DNA of 64,000 nt from Dongia sp. (lineage in GTDB: Bacteria > Pseudomonadota > Alphaproteobacteria > Dongiales > Dongiaceae): NCBI RefSeq assembly GCF_041918875.1, contig NZ_JAYRUV010000015.1, positions 28,139 through 92,138 of the forward strand, given 5' to 3'. The notes beneath the pieces were generated by a model. That model searched no databases, had not been told where the DNA came from, and worked only from the letters and a program-made list of their open reading frames with translations. Numbering within the stretch: position 1 is the first letter of the stretch; the number at the start of each line of letters is the position of its first letter. Made by a program: the position numbers and the translations under genes. Positions 21,628 through 31,441 of this stretch are shown piece after piece.

Positions 21628-23019
21628 ATGGCCGCCATGCAGAAGACCATCACGCCGATCGACAGCACCGTTTATGTCGAACGCCCCTACAACAGTCCGG
21701 CGGAAATCGCGGCCACGTTGCAGAATGCCGCCAAGGCGCAGAAGGAATGGCGCAAGGTTTCGATTGCCGAGCGCGCCAGGATCCTCAATAAGGCCGTCGA
21801 CGAATTCCTCAAAGGCAAGGATAAACACGCCGAGGAGATCACCCGCCAGATGGGCCGGCCAATCTCGCAAAGCCCGTTCGAAATGCGCGGCTTCGAAGAG
21901 CGCGCCCGCTTCATGATCAACCTGGCGCCCGAAGCGCTGGCCGATGTCAGCTTCACCGACAAGCCGGGCTTCACCCGCGTCCTCCATCGCGAGCCGCTGG
22001 GCGTCGTCTTCATCGTGGCGCCCTGGAACTACCCCTATCTCACCTCGGTCAACGGCGTCGTCCCGGCGCTGATGGCTGGCAATGCCGTGATCCTCAAGCA
22101 CTCCGCCCAGACACCGCTTTGCGCCGAGGATTTCCAGGCCGCCTTCGACGCCGCCGGCCTGCCCAAGGGTCTGTTCCAGCATCTCGTTCTCACCCATGAC
22201 GACACCGCCAAGGTCATCGCCGCACCCGAAGTCGCCTATTGCAACTTCACCGGCTCGGTCGCCGGCGGGCATGCCGTGCAGCAGGCGGCGCTCGGCAAGT
22301 TCATGGGCCTGGGACTTGAGCTCGGCGGCAAGGACCCGGCCTATGTCCGCGCCGATGCCAACCTCCAGCATGCCGTCGAGAACCTGGTCGATGGCGCCAT
22401 GTTCAATTCCGGCCAGTGCTGCTGCGCCATCGAGCGCATCTATGTGCATGAAAGCCTTTACGACAAGTTCGTCGACGGCTTTGTCGACCTCACCAAGAAG
22501 TACAAGCTCGGCAACCCGCTGGACACGGCCACCAATCTCGGGCCGATGGTCCGCACCTCGGCCGCCGAATTCGTACGCGGCCAGGTGGCCGATGCGGTGA
22601 AACATGGTGCCAAGGCTCTCATCGACACCAAGCTGTTTGCTGCCGACAAGCCGGGGACGCCCTATGTGGCCCCGCAGGTTCTGGTCGATGTCGACCATTC
22701 CATGTCGGTGATGTCGGAAGAAAGCTTCGGCCCGGTCATCGGCATCATGAAGGTGAAGAACGACGACGAAGCCGTGAAGCTGATGAACGACAGCCAGTAC
22801 GGCCTCACGGCGGCCCTCTGGACCATGGACGAGAAGGCGGCCCGGCAGATCGGCAACGAGCTCGAGACCGGCACGGTCTACATGAACCGTTGCGATTATC
22901 TCGATCCGGCCCTGGCCTGGGTCGGTGTCAAGAATTCCGGCCGCGGCGCTACCCTGTCGCGCGTCGGCTACGAAATGTTGACCCGGCCGAAGTCGTTCCA
23001 CTTCCGCACTCAGCTCTGA
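21628..23019 (+). CDS. Aldehyde dehydrogenase
   Basis: APWNYPY, FTGSVAGG, LELGGKDP, FNSGQCCCAIER, EESFGP. Confidence 0.93.
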   Translation: MAAMQKTITPIDSTVYVERPYNSPAEIAATLQNAAKAQKEWRKVSIAERARILNKAVDEFLKGKDKHAEEITRQMGRPISQSPFEMRGFEERARFMINLAPEALADVSFTDKPGFTRVLHREPLGVVFIVAPWNYPYLTSVNGVVPALMAGNAVILKHSAQTPLCAEDFQAAFDAAGLPKGLFQHLVLTHDDTAKVIAAPEVAYCNFTGSVAGGHAVQQAALGKFMGLGLELGGKDPAYVRADANLQHAVENLVDGAMFNSGQCCCAIERIYVHESLYDKFVDGFVDLTKKYKLGNPLDTATNLGPMVRTSAAEFVRGQVADAVKHGAKALIDTKLFAADKPGTPYVAPQVLVDVDHSMSVMSEESFGPVIGIMKVKNDDEAVKLMNDSQYGLTAALWTMDEKAARQIGNELETGTVYMNRCDYLDPALAWVGVKNSGRGATLSRVGYEMLTRPKSFHFRTQL

Positions 23020-23026
23020 GGCAAGG

Positions 23027-23134
23027 GCCCCCACCCAACCCTCCCCCTGAAGGGAGAGGGCTTTCCGATCGAGTTCGCACCGTCACCTCGCTCCACCTCC
23101 CTCTCCCTTCAGAGGGAGGGTCGGGGTGGGGGGC
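23027..23134. repeat. REP-like element, family A: two inverted ~34-bp palindromic units
   Basis: CCCCCACCCAACCCTCCCCCTGAAGGGAGAGGG ... CCCTCTCCCTTCAGAGGGAGGGTCGGGGTGGGGG; near-identical units at 31330-31436. Confidence 0.85.
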
Positions 23135-23249
23135 ATTGGGTGACGGGCCGCCGCGCGAAGAGCTAGACGCAGCGCCAACTCACCTCAGCATTTAAGGCAA
23201 TTTGATTCACAAATCTCCCACCCGGAGCGCGTGATTTCTTTTCCTATCC

Positions 23250-24638
23250 GTGGCAAACTCCGCCCCAACAGGGGACGAGATTTTGACCGATACCAATCAT
23301 GCCCAAGTGGTGATCGTTGGCGGTGGGGTGGTGGGTTGCGCCATTTTCCGCCGCCTGGCCATGGGCGGGCTGCGGCCCGTCCTGCTGGAGGCTGGCCGCG
23401 ACATCCTGTCGGGCGCCTCCAAGGGCAATAGCGCCCTGCTCCATACGGGCTTCGACGCCCCGCACGGCTCGCTGGAGCTGTCCTGCATGCAGAAGGGCTA
23501 CCGCGAATATCTCGAGATCCGCGAGAAGCTCAATCTGCCGCTGGTGAAGTCCGGTGCCGTGGTCGTTGCCTGGACCGAGGAAGAGCTGGCCAGACTGGAC
23601 GGCATCGTCGCCAAGGCTCATGAAAACGCGGTCGGCGACGCCGTGCGCATCGATCGCGATCAGCTGCGTCGCCTGGAACCGCTCCTCTCGCCCAAGGCCC
23701 TGGGCGGCGTGCATGTACCGGGCGAACATATCGTCGATCCCTGGTCCGCCCCGCTCGCCTACATCCACCAGGGTCTCGCCCATGGCGGCATCGTGCTGCG
23801 CGATTGCCGCGTGACTGGCGGCCATTTCGACGGCGTCTGGCATCTCGAGACCAACCAGGGCGAAGTGACCGCCGATGCCGTCATCAATGCCGCCGGCAAT
23901 CAGGGCGACATCGTCGAGGCGATCAACCGGCCGGCACCGTTCAAGATCACACCGCGCAAGGGCCAGTTCGTCGTTTTCGACAAACCTGCGGCCCGGCTCC
24001 TCAAGGCGATTATCCTGCCGGTGCCCACGGAACGGACCAAAGGCGTCGTCATCTGCCGCACCGCTTTCGGCAATGTGCTGGTCGGCCCCACAGCCGAGGA
24101 TCAGGAAGACCGCGCCACGGCCGCCGTCGACCAGGCGGCGCTGCGCCAGCTCGTGCAGCGCGGCACCGAGATGCTGCCAGGTCTTGCCAATGTCGATGTG
24201 AGTGCTGTCTATGCGGGCCTCCGCCCGGCCACCGAGTTCAAGGATTACCAGATCACCGCCCAGCCCGACCGGCGCTGGATTACCGTGGCCGGCATCCGCT
24301 CCACCGGCCTCACCGGCGCTCTCGGCATTGCGCGGCATGTTGCCGGCCTTTATGGCGCGAGCTTCGGCCGCCTGGGCCAGGCCGAGCCGATCTGGACGCC
24401 GGTCCCCAATCTCTGCGAAGAAAATCCGCGCCCCTATCAGAATCCGCTGGGCCCCGAGATCGTCTGCCATTGCGAACTGGTGACGAAGGACGAAATTGAA
24501 ACTGCCCTCGACGGCACCTTCCCGGCAGGCGATGTTGGCGGCCTCAAACGGCGCACCCGCGCCATGATGGGCCGCTGCCAGGGCTTCTATTGCTGCGCCC
24601 ATGTCATGGCTCTTGCCGAAGGTAAGCTCATCCCATGA
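23250..24638 (+). CDS. GlpA/LhgO-like FAD-dependent oxidoreductase with C-terminal BFD-like [2Fe-2S] domain (start may be TTG 23283)
   Basis: IVGGGVVG, GASKGNSALLHTGFD, PRKGQF, GIRSTGLT, VCHCELVT...KRRTRAMMGRCQGFYC. Confidence 0.85.
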   Translation: MANSAPTGDEILTDTNHAQVVIVGGGVVGCAIFRRLAMGGLRPVLLEAGRDILSGASKGNSALLHTGFDAPHGSLELSCMQKGYREYLEIREKLNLPLVKSGAVVVAWTEEELARLDGIVAKAHENAVGDAVRIDRDQLRRLEPLLSPKALGGVHVPGEHIVDPWSAPLAYIHQGLAHGGIVLRDCRVTGGHFDGVWHLETNQGEVTADAVINAAGNQGDIVEAINRPAPFKITPRKGQFVVFDKPAARLLKAIILPVPTERTKGVVICRTAFGNVLVGPTAEDQEDRATAAVDQAALRQLVQRGTEMLPGLANVDVSAVYAGLRPATEFKDYQITAQPDRRWITVAGIRSTGLTGALGIARHVAGLYGASFGRLGQAEPIWTPVPNLCEENPRPYQNPLGPEIVCHCELVTKDEIETALDGTFPAGDVGGLKRRTRAMMGRCQGFYCCAHVMALAEGKLIP

Positions 24639-25852
24639 GAACGCACGAAGTCGTCATTCTCGGCGCCGGGCCAGCGGGCCTTTCCGCCGCCGCGGAGTTG
24701 AAACGCCTGGGCCACCGCGACATCGTCATCCTCGACCGCGAGCAACAAGGCGGCGGCATCCCCCGCCATTGCGGGCATACGGGCTATGGCCTGCTGCAAT
24801 TCGGGCGGCTGATGACGGGTCCGGATTTTGCCAGGCGCCTGGTCGATACCGTCAGCGACCTCGATTTGCGGCTTGGCCACACGGCGCTGAAGCTGGAACC
24901 CAATGGCCGCATCCAGGTCACCGGTCCGAACGGACCCGAGACCTTGCAGGCCCAGAAGGTCCTGCTGGCCATGGGTGCCCGCGAGACACCGCGCAGTGCC
25001 CGCCTCGTTTCCGGCACCAGGCCTTGGGGCGTCATGAATACCGGCACCCTCCAGCAATTCGCCTATCTCCATGGCAAGGCCCCGTTCCAGCGGCCGATCG
25101 TTATCGGTTCCGAACTGGTGGCCTTCTCCACGCTGCTCACCCTCGGCCATGTCGGCGTCAAGGCCGTGGCGATGATCGAGGAACGCGAACGCATCACGGC
25201 CTGGCGCCCCGGCGATTGGGTGGCGCGCGTTGCCTTCGGCGTGCCGGTCATGACTGGGTGCAGCGAACTCACGATTCTCGGACAGGACCGGGTCGAAGGC
25301 CTGTCCTTCAAGCGCCACGGCAAGATGCGCGTGCTTGAGGGCGACGGCATCGTCCTCACCGGCCAGTTCCGCCCCGAGACGGCCCTGCTCACCCAGAGCC
25401 ATCTCGAACTCGACCCCGGCACGCGCGGGCCCGTGATCGATCAGCTCTATCGCTGCACCGATCCAAGTTATTTTGCCGGCGGCAACCTGTTGCGCGGTGT
25501 CGAAACGGCGGGCCAATGCTACCGCGAAGGCAAGTCGGCGGCGCATGTGATTCACGCAGCCCTTGCCGACAAATTGCCGCCGCCGGTCCCCCCGATCCGG
25601 CTCGAAGCCGCCGGCACGCTCAGTTATGTCTATCCGCAGCGCCTTACCGGCCGCGGCCCTTACGATCCGCTCCTCTTCAAGGCCCGCGCCAGTGTCGCCA
25701 CGAAGGGCACATTGCGCGTCCTTGCCGATGGCAGGGAAATCTGGTCGCGCCCGATCCGCGTCCTCCCCGAACGGCGCATCGCCTGGCGCGTGCCGGCGGT
25801 CGATCTCACGGGCGTACACCACCTCACCATCGACCTTTCCCCGCGCGAGTAA
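24635..25852 (+). CDS. Pyridine nucleotide-disulfide-type FAD oxidoreductase, partner of the GlpA-like subunit
   Basis: ILGAGPAGLSAA, GGIPRHCGHTGYG, LAMGARE, FAGGNLL; ATGA overlap with the upstream gene. Confidence 0.85.
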   Translation: MRTHEVVILGAGPAGLSAAAELKRLGHRDIVILDREQQGGGIPRHCGHTGYGLLQFGRLMTGPDFARRLVDTVSDLDLRLGHTALKLEPNGRIQVTGPNGPETLQAQKVLLAMGARETPRSARLVSGTRPWGVMNTGTLQQFAYLHGKAPFQRPIVIGSELVAFSTLLTLGHVGVKAVAMIEERERITAWRPGDWVARVAFGVPVMTGCSELTILGQDRVEGLSFKRHGKMRVLEGDGIVLTGQFRPETALLTQSHLELDPGTRGPVIDQLYRCTDPSYFAGGNLLRGVETAGQCYREGKSAAHVIHAALADKLPPPVPPIRLEAAGTLSYVYPQRLTGRGPYDPLLFKARASVATKGTLRVLADGREIWSRPIRVLPERRIAWRVPAVDLTGVHHLTIDLSPRE

Positions 25853-25861
25853 TCGATCTCA

Positions 25862-27292
25862 ATGTCCGATTTCGTCTTAGCCATCGATCAGGGCACGACC
25901 GGCACCAAGCTGCATCGCCTCCACACCGACGGACGCTTCCAGACGCTCGATGGGTTCGAACATCGCCAGATCCTGCCGGCGCCGGGGTGGGTCGAACACG
26001 ATCCCGAGGAACTGATCGGCCATCTCAACGGCTGCATCGGCAATGTCGGCAATGCCAAGGCAATCGGTATCGCCAACCAGGGGGAAACGGTTGTCGCCTG
26101 GGACGCCAAGACGAAGCGCGCCATCCATAACGCCATCGTGTGGCAGGATGCCCGCACCAACGATGCCATCGCCGCGTTGAAGCAAGCTGGCCACGAAGAG
26201 ACCACCCTGGCACGCGCCGGCCTGCCGCTCGATCCCTATTTCTCCGCCAGCAAACTGCGCTGGCTGCTGGATCATGTGGATACTGCCAGGCAGCTGCACA
26301 AGCAGGGCCGCCTGCGCCTGGGCACCAGCGACGCTTTCTTCCTGGACCGACTGACGGGAACCTTCGCCACCGACGTCAGCACCGCCTCCCGCACCAGCCT
26401 GATGAACCTCGAAACCCTGGCCTGGGATCCGATGCTGTGCGAACTCTTCGGCGTGCCGATGGAATGCCTGCCGGACATCCGCTCGACGGCCGATGATTTC
26501 GGCGCGGTGGGTAAAGTGCCGGTGACCGCCAATGTGGTGGACCAGCAGGCGGCCCTGTTCGGCCATGGCTGCCGACATGCGGGCGATGCCAAGATCACCT
26601 TCGGAACGGGCGCCTTCGCGCTGTGCGTGGTCGGCGCCAAGCCCCTGCGCGATGTCGGCAGCGGCCTGTTGCCAACCATCGCCTGGCGCCTGCGCGATGC
26701 CGCCCCTGCCTACGCCTTGGACGGCGGCGTCTACAACGCCGCTTCCGCGGTCAATTGGGCGCGCGGCCTGGGGCTCTTTGGCGACTATGCCGAGATCGAC
26801 AGCTTCGCCGCCGCCAGCGCCATTTCGCGCGATATCGCTTTTGTGCCGGCCCTGAGCGGCCTGGGATGTCCCTATTGGGACCGTTCCGCCGCCGGCATGT
26901 GGCTGGGGCTCGGCCTGGACACAAGCAAGTCCGACATGATGCAGGCACTGCTCGAAGGCGTTGCCTTGCGTGCAGGCGAAGTGATTGCCGCCATGTCGCG
27001 CCTGCTGCCGATTGGCAACCGCATCTCGATCGACGGCGGCCTCGCCAAGAACAGCTATTTCGGCACCTTCGCGGCCGACGTGCTGAAGCGCAACATCATC
27101 ATTCCGGCCAGCACCGAACTGACCGGCCTCGGCACGGCGCAATTGGCACTGATTGGCGCCGGCCTCGCCACCGTCGATACCCTGCCGCCTCCACCGGCTC
27201 CCAAGGCGCAACTCAATCCGCAGGGCAGAATCGCCGACGAACATCGCATGAAATTCCACACGGCCGTGGGCCGCAGCAGGAACTGGCGCTGA
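25862..27292 (+). CDS. FGGY-family carbohydrate kinase (glycerol-kinase-like)
   Basis: LAIDQGTTGT, PGWVEHDP, GIANQGET, IVWQDART, DQQAALFG, KITFGTGAF, VPALSGLGCPYW. Confidence 0.9.
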   Translation: MSDFVLAIDQGTTGTKLHRLHTDGRFQTLDGFEHRQILPAPGWVEHDPEELIGHLNGCIGNVGNAKAIGIANQGETVVAWDAKTKRAIHNAIVWQDARTNDAIAALKQAGHEETTLARAGLPLDPYFSASKLRWLLDHVDTARQLHKQGRLRLGTSDAFFLDRLTGTFATDVSTASRTSLMNLETLAWDPMLCELFGVPMECLPDIRSTADDFGAVGKVPVTANVVDQQAALFGHGCRHAGDAKITFGTGAFALCVVGAKPLRDVGSGLLPTIAWRLRDAAPAYALDGGVYNAASAVNWARGLGLFGDYAEIDSFAAASAISRDIAFVPALSGLGCPYWDRSAAGMWLGLGLDTSKSDMMQALLEGVALRAGEVIAAMSRLLPIGNRISIDGGLAKNSYFGTFAADVLKRNIIIPASTELTGLGTAQLALIGAGLATVDTLPPPPAPKAQLNPQGRIADEHRMKFHTAVGRSRNWR

Positions 27293-27478
27293 ACAGGGTC
27301 TGCTTCGGGATCTCTCTCACTTCGCCGCAATCCAGTCCTGCTTTCGCCCTTCTCGCCGCCGTGGCGGCCTTGAACGGGACGGCAGCCAAGAATTAGGAGT
27401 GGACAAGGCAATCCGTTTTGGATCAAATAGCGAACAATTGCGCCTATAAAGAGCATTTACTGAAGGATTGAAACGGCG

Positions 27479-28171
27479 ATGGAGCGTAACAGCTGGCCCA
27501 TTTGGGCGTTGATCGTCCTTGGTGGCGTGGTCGCCTTGGCGCTCATCGGCAACAGTCTTTCCAGCCTCGACGAGGTCGATGGCACCCGGCAGTTGATCTA
27601 TCTCCTCATGCTGCTCTGCCTGATGGGCGGCGGCGTTCTCTATCGCTTCAAGACCGAAACGCGCACCGCCCTCTCCCAACTTGCCATCTGGGTGGTATTG
27701 CTGGCCGGGCTTACCCTTGCCTATTCATACAAGGACGATTTTGCCACCATCGGCCAGCGCTTTGCCGGGTCGCTCGGTCCGCGCGCTGGCGTTACCACCG
27801 GCGAGCATAGTGTCAGTTTCACCCGCGCCAGTTCGGGTCACTATGAGGTGACGGCCCGTCTGGATGGCGTGCCGACCAGCTTCTATGTCGATACCGGGGC
27901 AACCGCCATCGTGCTGACACCGCAGGCGGCGGAGCGCCTGGGCTACAACCTCGACAAGCTCGCCTACAATATGATGACCGAGACCGCCAACGGTTATGGC
28001 CGCTCGGCACCGATTCGCATTGACGAACTGGTGATGGGCCCGATTGTCATGCACGATGTACGCGCCCATGTGAACATGGCGGAAATGTCCCACTCGCTGC
28101 TCGGCATGGAGTTCCTCTCGCACCTCAAATCATTGCATATCGAGGGCGATACGCTCACCTTCGAGCAGTGA
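27479..28171 (+). CDS. Membrane-anchored clan AA (retropepsin-like) aspartic protease, TIGR02281-type
   Basis: Three N-terminal TM segments, GHY, FYVDTGAT, TANG, SLLGMEFL. Confidence 0.88.
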   Translation: MERNSWPIWALIVLGGVVALALIGNSLSSLDEVDGTRQLIYLLMLLCLMGGGVLYRFKTETRTALSQLAIWVVLLAGLTLAYSYKDDFATIGQRFAGSLGPRAGVTTGEHSVSFTRASSGHYEVTARLDGVPTSFYVDTGATAIVLTPQAAERLGYNLDKLAYNMMTETANGYGRSAPIRIDELVMGPIVMHDVRAHVNMAEMSHSLLGMEFLSHLKSLHIEGDTLTFEQ

Positions 28172-28810
28172 TCAACGCTGCAATACCTGGCGGCAGGCAC
28201 TTTCGCGCGCCTGCCAGCCTCTGCGCTGCAGTTCCGGCTCCACATGATCCTCGGCGGGGTAGCCAAGGCAAAGATAGGCGACGAAGGACCATCCTTTGGG
28301 CACATCGAGCGTTTCCGTGGCCGCGGCCGGATCGATGATGGAGACCCAGCCCAGCCCCAGCCCATGGGCGCGCGCCGCCAGCCATAAGGTATGGATGGCG
28401 AGCACGGTCGAATAGCGCAGGGTTTCCGGCATGGTCAGGCGGCCGAGGCCCGCCCCTTGCGGCGTCGTCTCGTCGCAGAAAATGGCAAGATGGCGCGGCG
28501 CTTCGCGAAGTCCGGCGAGCTTCAGGCGCGCATAGAGTTCGGCGCGTTCGCCCTCATAATTCGAGAGCGCCGCTTCGTTGGCCCCCTGGAAATTGGCGAC
28601 GATGGCGGCACGCCGCTCCGGCGCATCGACACTGACGAAGCGCCAGGGCTGGGCGTTGCCGACCGACGGCGAGAGCGACGTCAGGTCCAGGAGATGCTCG
28701 ACCAGTTCCGCCGGCACGGGATCGGTCCGGAAGTGCCGCACATCGCGGCGCCAGGCCAGAAGCTCCTCGAATTCCTGCCGGAATGCGTCGCCGAATATCC
28801 GTTGATTCAT
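28172..28810 (-). CDS. bluB: 5,6-dimethylbenzimidazole synthase
   Basis: WRRDVRHF, SPSVGNAQPWRFV, LKLAGLREAP, LGRLTMPET, LWLAARAHGLGLGWVSI. Confidence 0.93.
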   Translation of the reverse strand: MNQRIFGDAFRQEFEELLAWRRDVRHFRTDPVPAELVEHLLDLTSLSPSVGNAQPWRFVSVDAPERRAAIVANFQGANEAALSNYEGERAELYARLKLAGLREAPRHLAIFCDETTPQGAGLGRLTMPETLRYSTVLAIHTLWLAARAHGLGLGWVSIIDPAAATETLDVPKGWSFVAYLCLGYPAEDHVEPELQRRGWQARESACRQVLQR

Positions 28811-30804
28811 GCCGCCTGCGAGTGCTGGTCCACCAGGGTGACGATCCCCGCCATGATGGCGTTGAGATCGTAATCCTTGGGCGTATAGACCCGCGCCACG
28901 CCGAATTCCAGCAGCCTTTTCGCGTCGTCGGGCGGAATGATGCCGCCGACCACCACCGGCACGTCGGCCATGCCCGCCGCGCGCATGCGGCTCATCACCT
29001 CGCCCACCAGGGCGATATGCGAGCCGGAGAGGATCGAGAGGCCCACCACATGCACGCTTTCCTCCAGCGCCGCATTGACGATCTGCGCCGGCGTCAGGCG
29101 AATACCTTCATAGACTACCTCCATGCCGGCATCCCGCGCCCTGACCGCGATCTGCTCGGCGCCGTTGGAATGACCGTCGAGGCCGGGCTTCCCAACCAGG
29201 ATCTTGATGCGCCGCCCCAACCGCTTCGAGGCGGCATCCACCTGATTGCGCACAGTCTCGATGGCGACGCTACCCTGTTCGATGCTGGCCCGGGCGACAC
29301 CCGTTGGCGCACGGAACTCGCCGAAGACGCGGCGCAGCGTTTCGCCCCATTCGCCAGTGGTAACGCCCGCATGGGCGCAGGCGATCGAGGCATCCATGAC
29401 ATTGCGCCCGGCGCGGGCATCGGCTTCCAGTGTCGCCAGCGCCTTCGCCGCCACCGCACTGTCACGCGATGCACGCCAGGCCTTGAGGGCCGCGACCTGC
29501 TCGGTTTCCGCCTTGTCGTCGATGGCGAGGAACCCGCCATCGCCGGCGCTGAGCAAAGGCGACGGGGCGCTTTCGGTATATCTGTTAACGCCGACCACGG
29601 TCTGCGCGCCGCTTTCGATCGCAGCCAGGCGGCGTGCATTCGATTCCACCAGGCGCTGCTTCATATAACTTGATTCAACCGCCGCCACCGCGCCGCCCAT
29701 CGCATCGATGCGCGCCAGTTCCTCGCGCGCTTCGGCTTTGAGCGCTTCGACCTTCTGCGTGATCTCGACCGAGCCGTCGAAGATGTCGCCGAATTCGAGG
29801 AGGTCCGTCTCATAGGCCACGATCTGCTGCAGCCGCAGCGACCATTGCTGGTCCCAGGGCCGCGGCAGGCCCAGTGCCTCGTTCCAGGCCGGCAGCTGCA
29901 CGGCGCGGGCGCGCGCATTCTTCGACAAGGTCACGGCCAGCATCTCGAGCAGGATGCGATAGACATTGTTCTCCGGCTGCTGCTCGGTGAGGCCCAGGCT
30001 GTTCACCTGCACACCGTAGCGGAAGCGGCGCAGCTTCGCGTCCTCGACGCCGTAGCGTTCGCGGCAGATCTCGTCCCAGAGCTCGGTGAAGGCGCGCATC
30101 TTGCAGATCTCGGTGATGAACCGGAGCCCCGCATTGACGAAGAAGCTGATGCGCCCCACCACTTGCGGAAAATCCTCCGCCGGCACCTGGCCGCTCGCTT
30201 TTACATGATCGAGGACGGCCACCGCCGTCGCCAGCGCATAAGCGAGCTCCTGCACCGGCGTCGCCCCCGCTTCCTGCAGGTGATAGGAGCAGACATTGGT
30301 CGGGTTCCATTTCGGTACCTCGCGATAAGTGAAACTGATCACGTCGGTGATCAGTTTCAGCGACGGTTCCGGCGGGAAGATATAGGTGCCGCGCGAGAGA
30401 TATTCCTTGATGATGTCGTTCTGCACCGTGCCCTGCAGTGCCGAGCGGGCCGCGCCTTGGCGTTCGGCGGCGGCGATATAGAGCGCCAGCAGCCACGGCG
30501 CCGTCGCGTTGATGGTCATGGAGGTGTTCATCTCAGCGAGCGGCAGGCCGTCGAATAAAGCCATCATGTCGCCGAGATGGCTGATGGGCACCCCCACCTT
30601 GCCCACTTCGCCTCTGGCCAGCGCATGGTCTGAATCGTAGCCGGTCTGCGTGGGCAGGTCGAAGGCGACGCTGAGGCCCGTCTGCCCGCGCTGCAGATTG
30701 GTGCGATAGAGCTCGTTCGACGCCTTGGCCGAGCTATGGCCGGAATAGGTCCGGAACAGCCAGGGCTGCTCCTTCTTCGACTGAGTTTTCGGCGCCGCAC
30801 TCAT
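28807..30804 (-). CDS. ecm: Ethylmalonyl-CoA mutase (MeaA), B12-dependent
   Basis: PWLFRTYSGHS, GQTGLSVAFDLPTQTGYD, GKPGLDGHSNGAEQIA (Ecm-type HSNG motif). Confidence 0.95.
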   Translation of the reverse strand: MSAAPKTQSKKEQPWLFRTYSGHSSAKASNELYRTNLQRGQTGLSVAFDLPTQTGYDSDHALARGEVGKVGVPISHLGDMMALFDGLPLAEMNTSMTINATAPWLLALYIAAAERQGAARSALQGTVQNDIIKEYLSRGTYIFPPEPSLKLITDVISFTYREVPKWNPTNVCSYHLQEAGATPVQELAYALATAVAVLDHVKASGQVPAEDFPQVVGRISFFVNAGLRFITEICKMRAFTELWDEICRERYGVEDAKLRRFRYGVQVNSLGLTEQQPENNVYRILLEMLAVTLSKNARARAVQLPAWNEALGLPRPWDQQWSLRLQQIVAYETDLLEFGDIFDGSVEITQKVEALKAEAREELARIDAMGGAVAAVESSYMKQRLVESNARRLAAIESGAQTVVGVNRYTESAPSPLLSAGDGGFLAIDDKAETEQVAALKAWRASRDSAVAAKALATLEADARAGRNVMDASIACAHAGVTTGEWGETLRRVFGEFRAPTGVARASIEQGSVAIETVRNQVDAASKRLGRRIKILVGKPGLDGHSNGAEQIAVRARDAGMEVVYEGIRLTPAQIVNAALEESVHVVGLSILSGSHIALVGEVMSRMRAAGMADVPVVVGGIIPPDDAKRLLEFGVARVYTPKDYDLNAIMAGIVTLVDQHSQAA

Positions 30805-30905
30805 GGTCACTCCCACCCGAACTTGTTTTTGTGCGACGCAATATAGAGGGGAATTGCCGCAGGGCGCAAGATCAGGCCGAATGCGGCCACAGATTTATAA
30901 TATTA

Positions 30906-31313
30906 TTAGCCATCATAAGGTGCATCTTCATCCCAGCGCGGCAATCGATCGTCGATTTTGAGCCAAGGCATCTGGTCGGCCGTCCAACCATGCCCCCGCG
31001 GCACCAGGCTTGAGGCATCGTCCACCGTCCCCAGCATGATGCCGATCGTTTCACCGCCGCTCATATAAACCGGCGATCCGCATTCACCGCAGAAATGCCG
31101 CTTGTAGAGGGGCGAGGATTGGAATGCCTTCGCCTCTCCCGCGACAATCTCGAACTGCGCCGGCCTCACCTGCGCCCAGGCCGTGACCGGCGCCCCGCTC
31201 CAGCGTTGGCACGTCTTGCAATGGCAGTAATCGACCACGGCCGAGGCAGGATCGAAGCGATAGCGCAAGGCCCCGCAGGCGCAATGGCCGGTGAGGGATG
31301 TCGAGCTTGTCAT
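30906..31313 (-). CDS. GFA family (Zn-binding Mss4-like) protein
   Basis: GHCACG, YCHCKTCQRWSGAP, FCGECGSP. Confidence 0.9.
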   Translation of the reverse strand: MTSSTSLTGHCACGALRYRFDPASAVVDYCHCKTCQRWSGAPVTAWAQVRPAQFEIVAGEAKAFQSSPLYKRHFCGECGSPVYMSGGETIGIMLGTVDDASSLVPRGHGWTADQMPWLKIDDRLPRWDEDAPYDG

Positions 31314-31329
31314 TGCATCTCCGTCCGAT

Positions 31330-31436
31330 CCCCTCTCCCTTCAGGGGGAGGGTTAGGGTGGGGCATGGGCGATGAATCTGCGAGAGTGGAGACTGACCCC
31401 ACCCCCACCCCGGCCCTCCCCCTGAAGGGAGAGGGA
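31330..31436. repeat. REP-like element, family A, with units in the opposite relative orientation to 23027-23134
   Basis: CCCTCTCCCTTCAGGGGGAGGGTTAGGGTGGGG ... CCCCCACCCCGGCCCTCCCCCTGAAGGGAGAGGG. Confidence 0.85.
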
Positions 31437-31441
31437 GACGT

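Noticed and set aside
27479-28171. Retropepsin-like protease as a sign of a retroelement
   Set aside because: Common chromosomal membrane-anchored family in alphaproteobacteria; no reverse transcriptase or integrase nearby.
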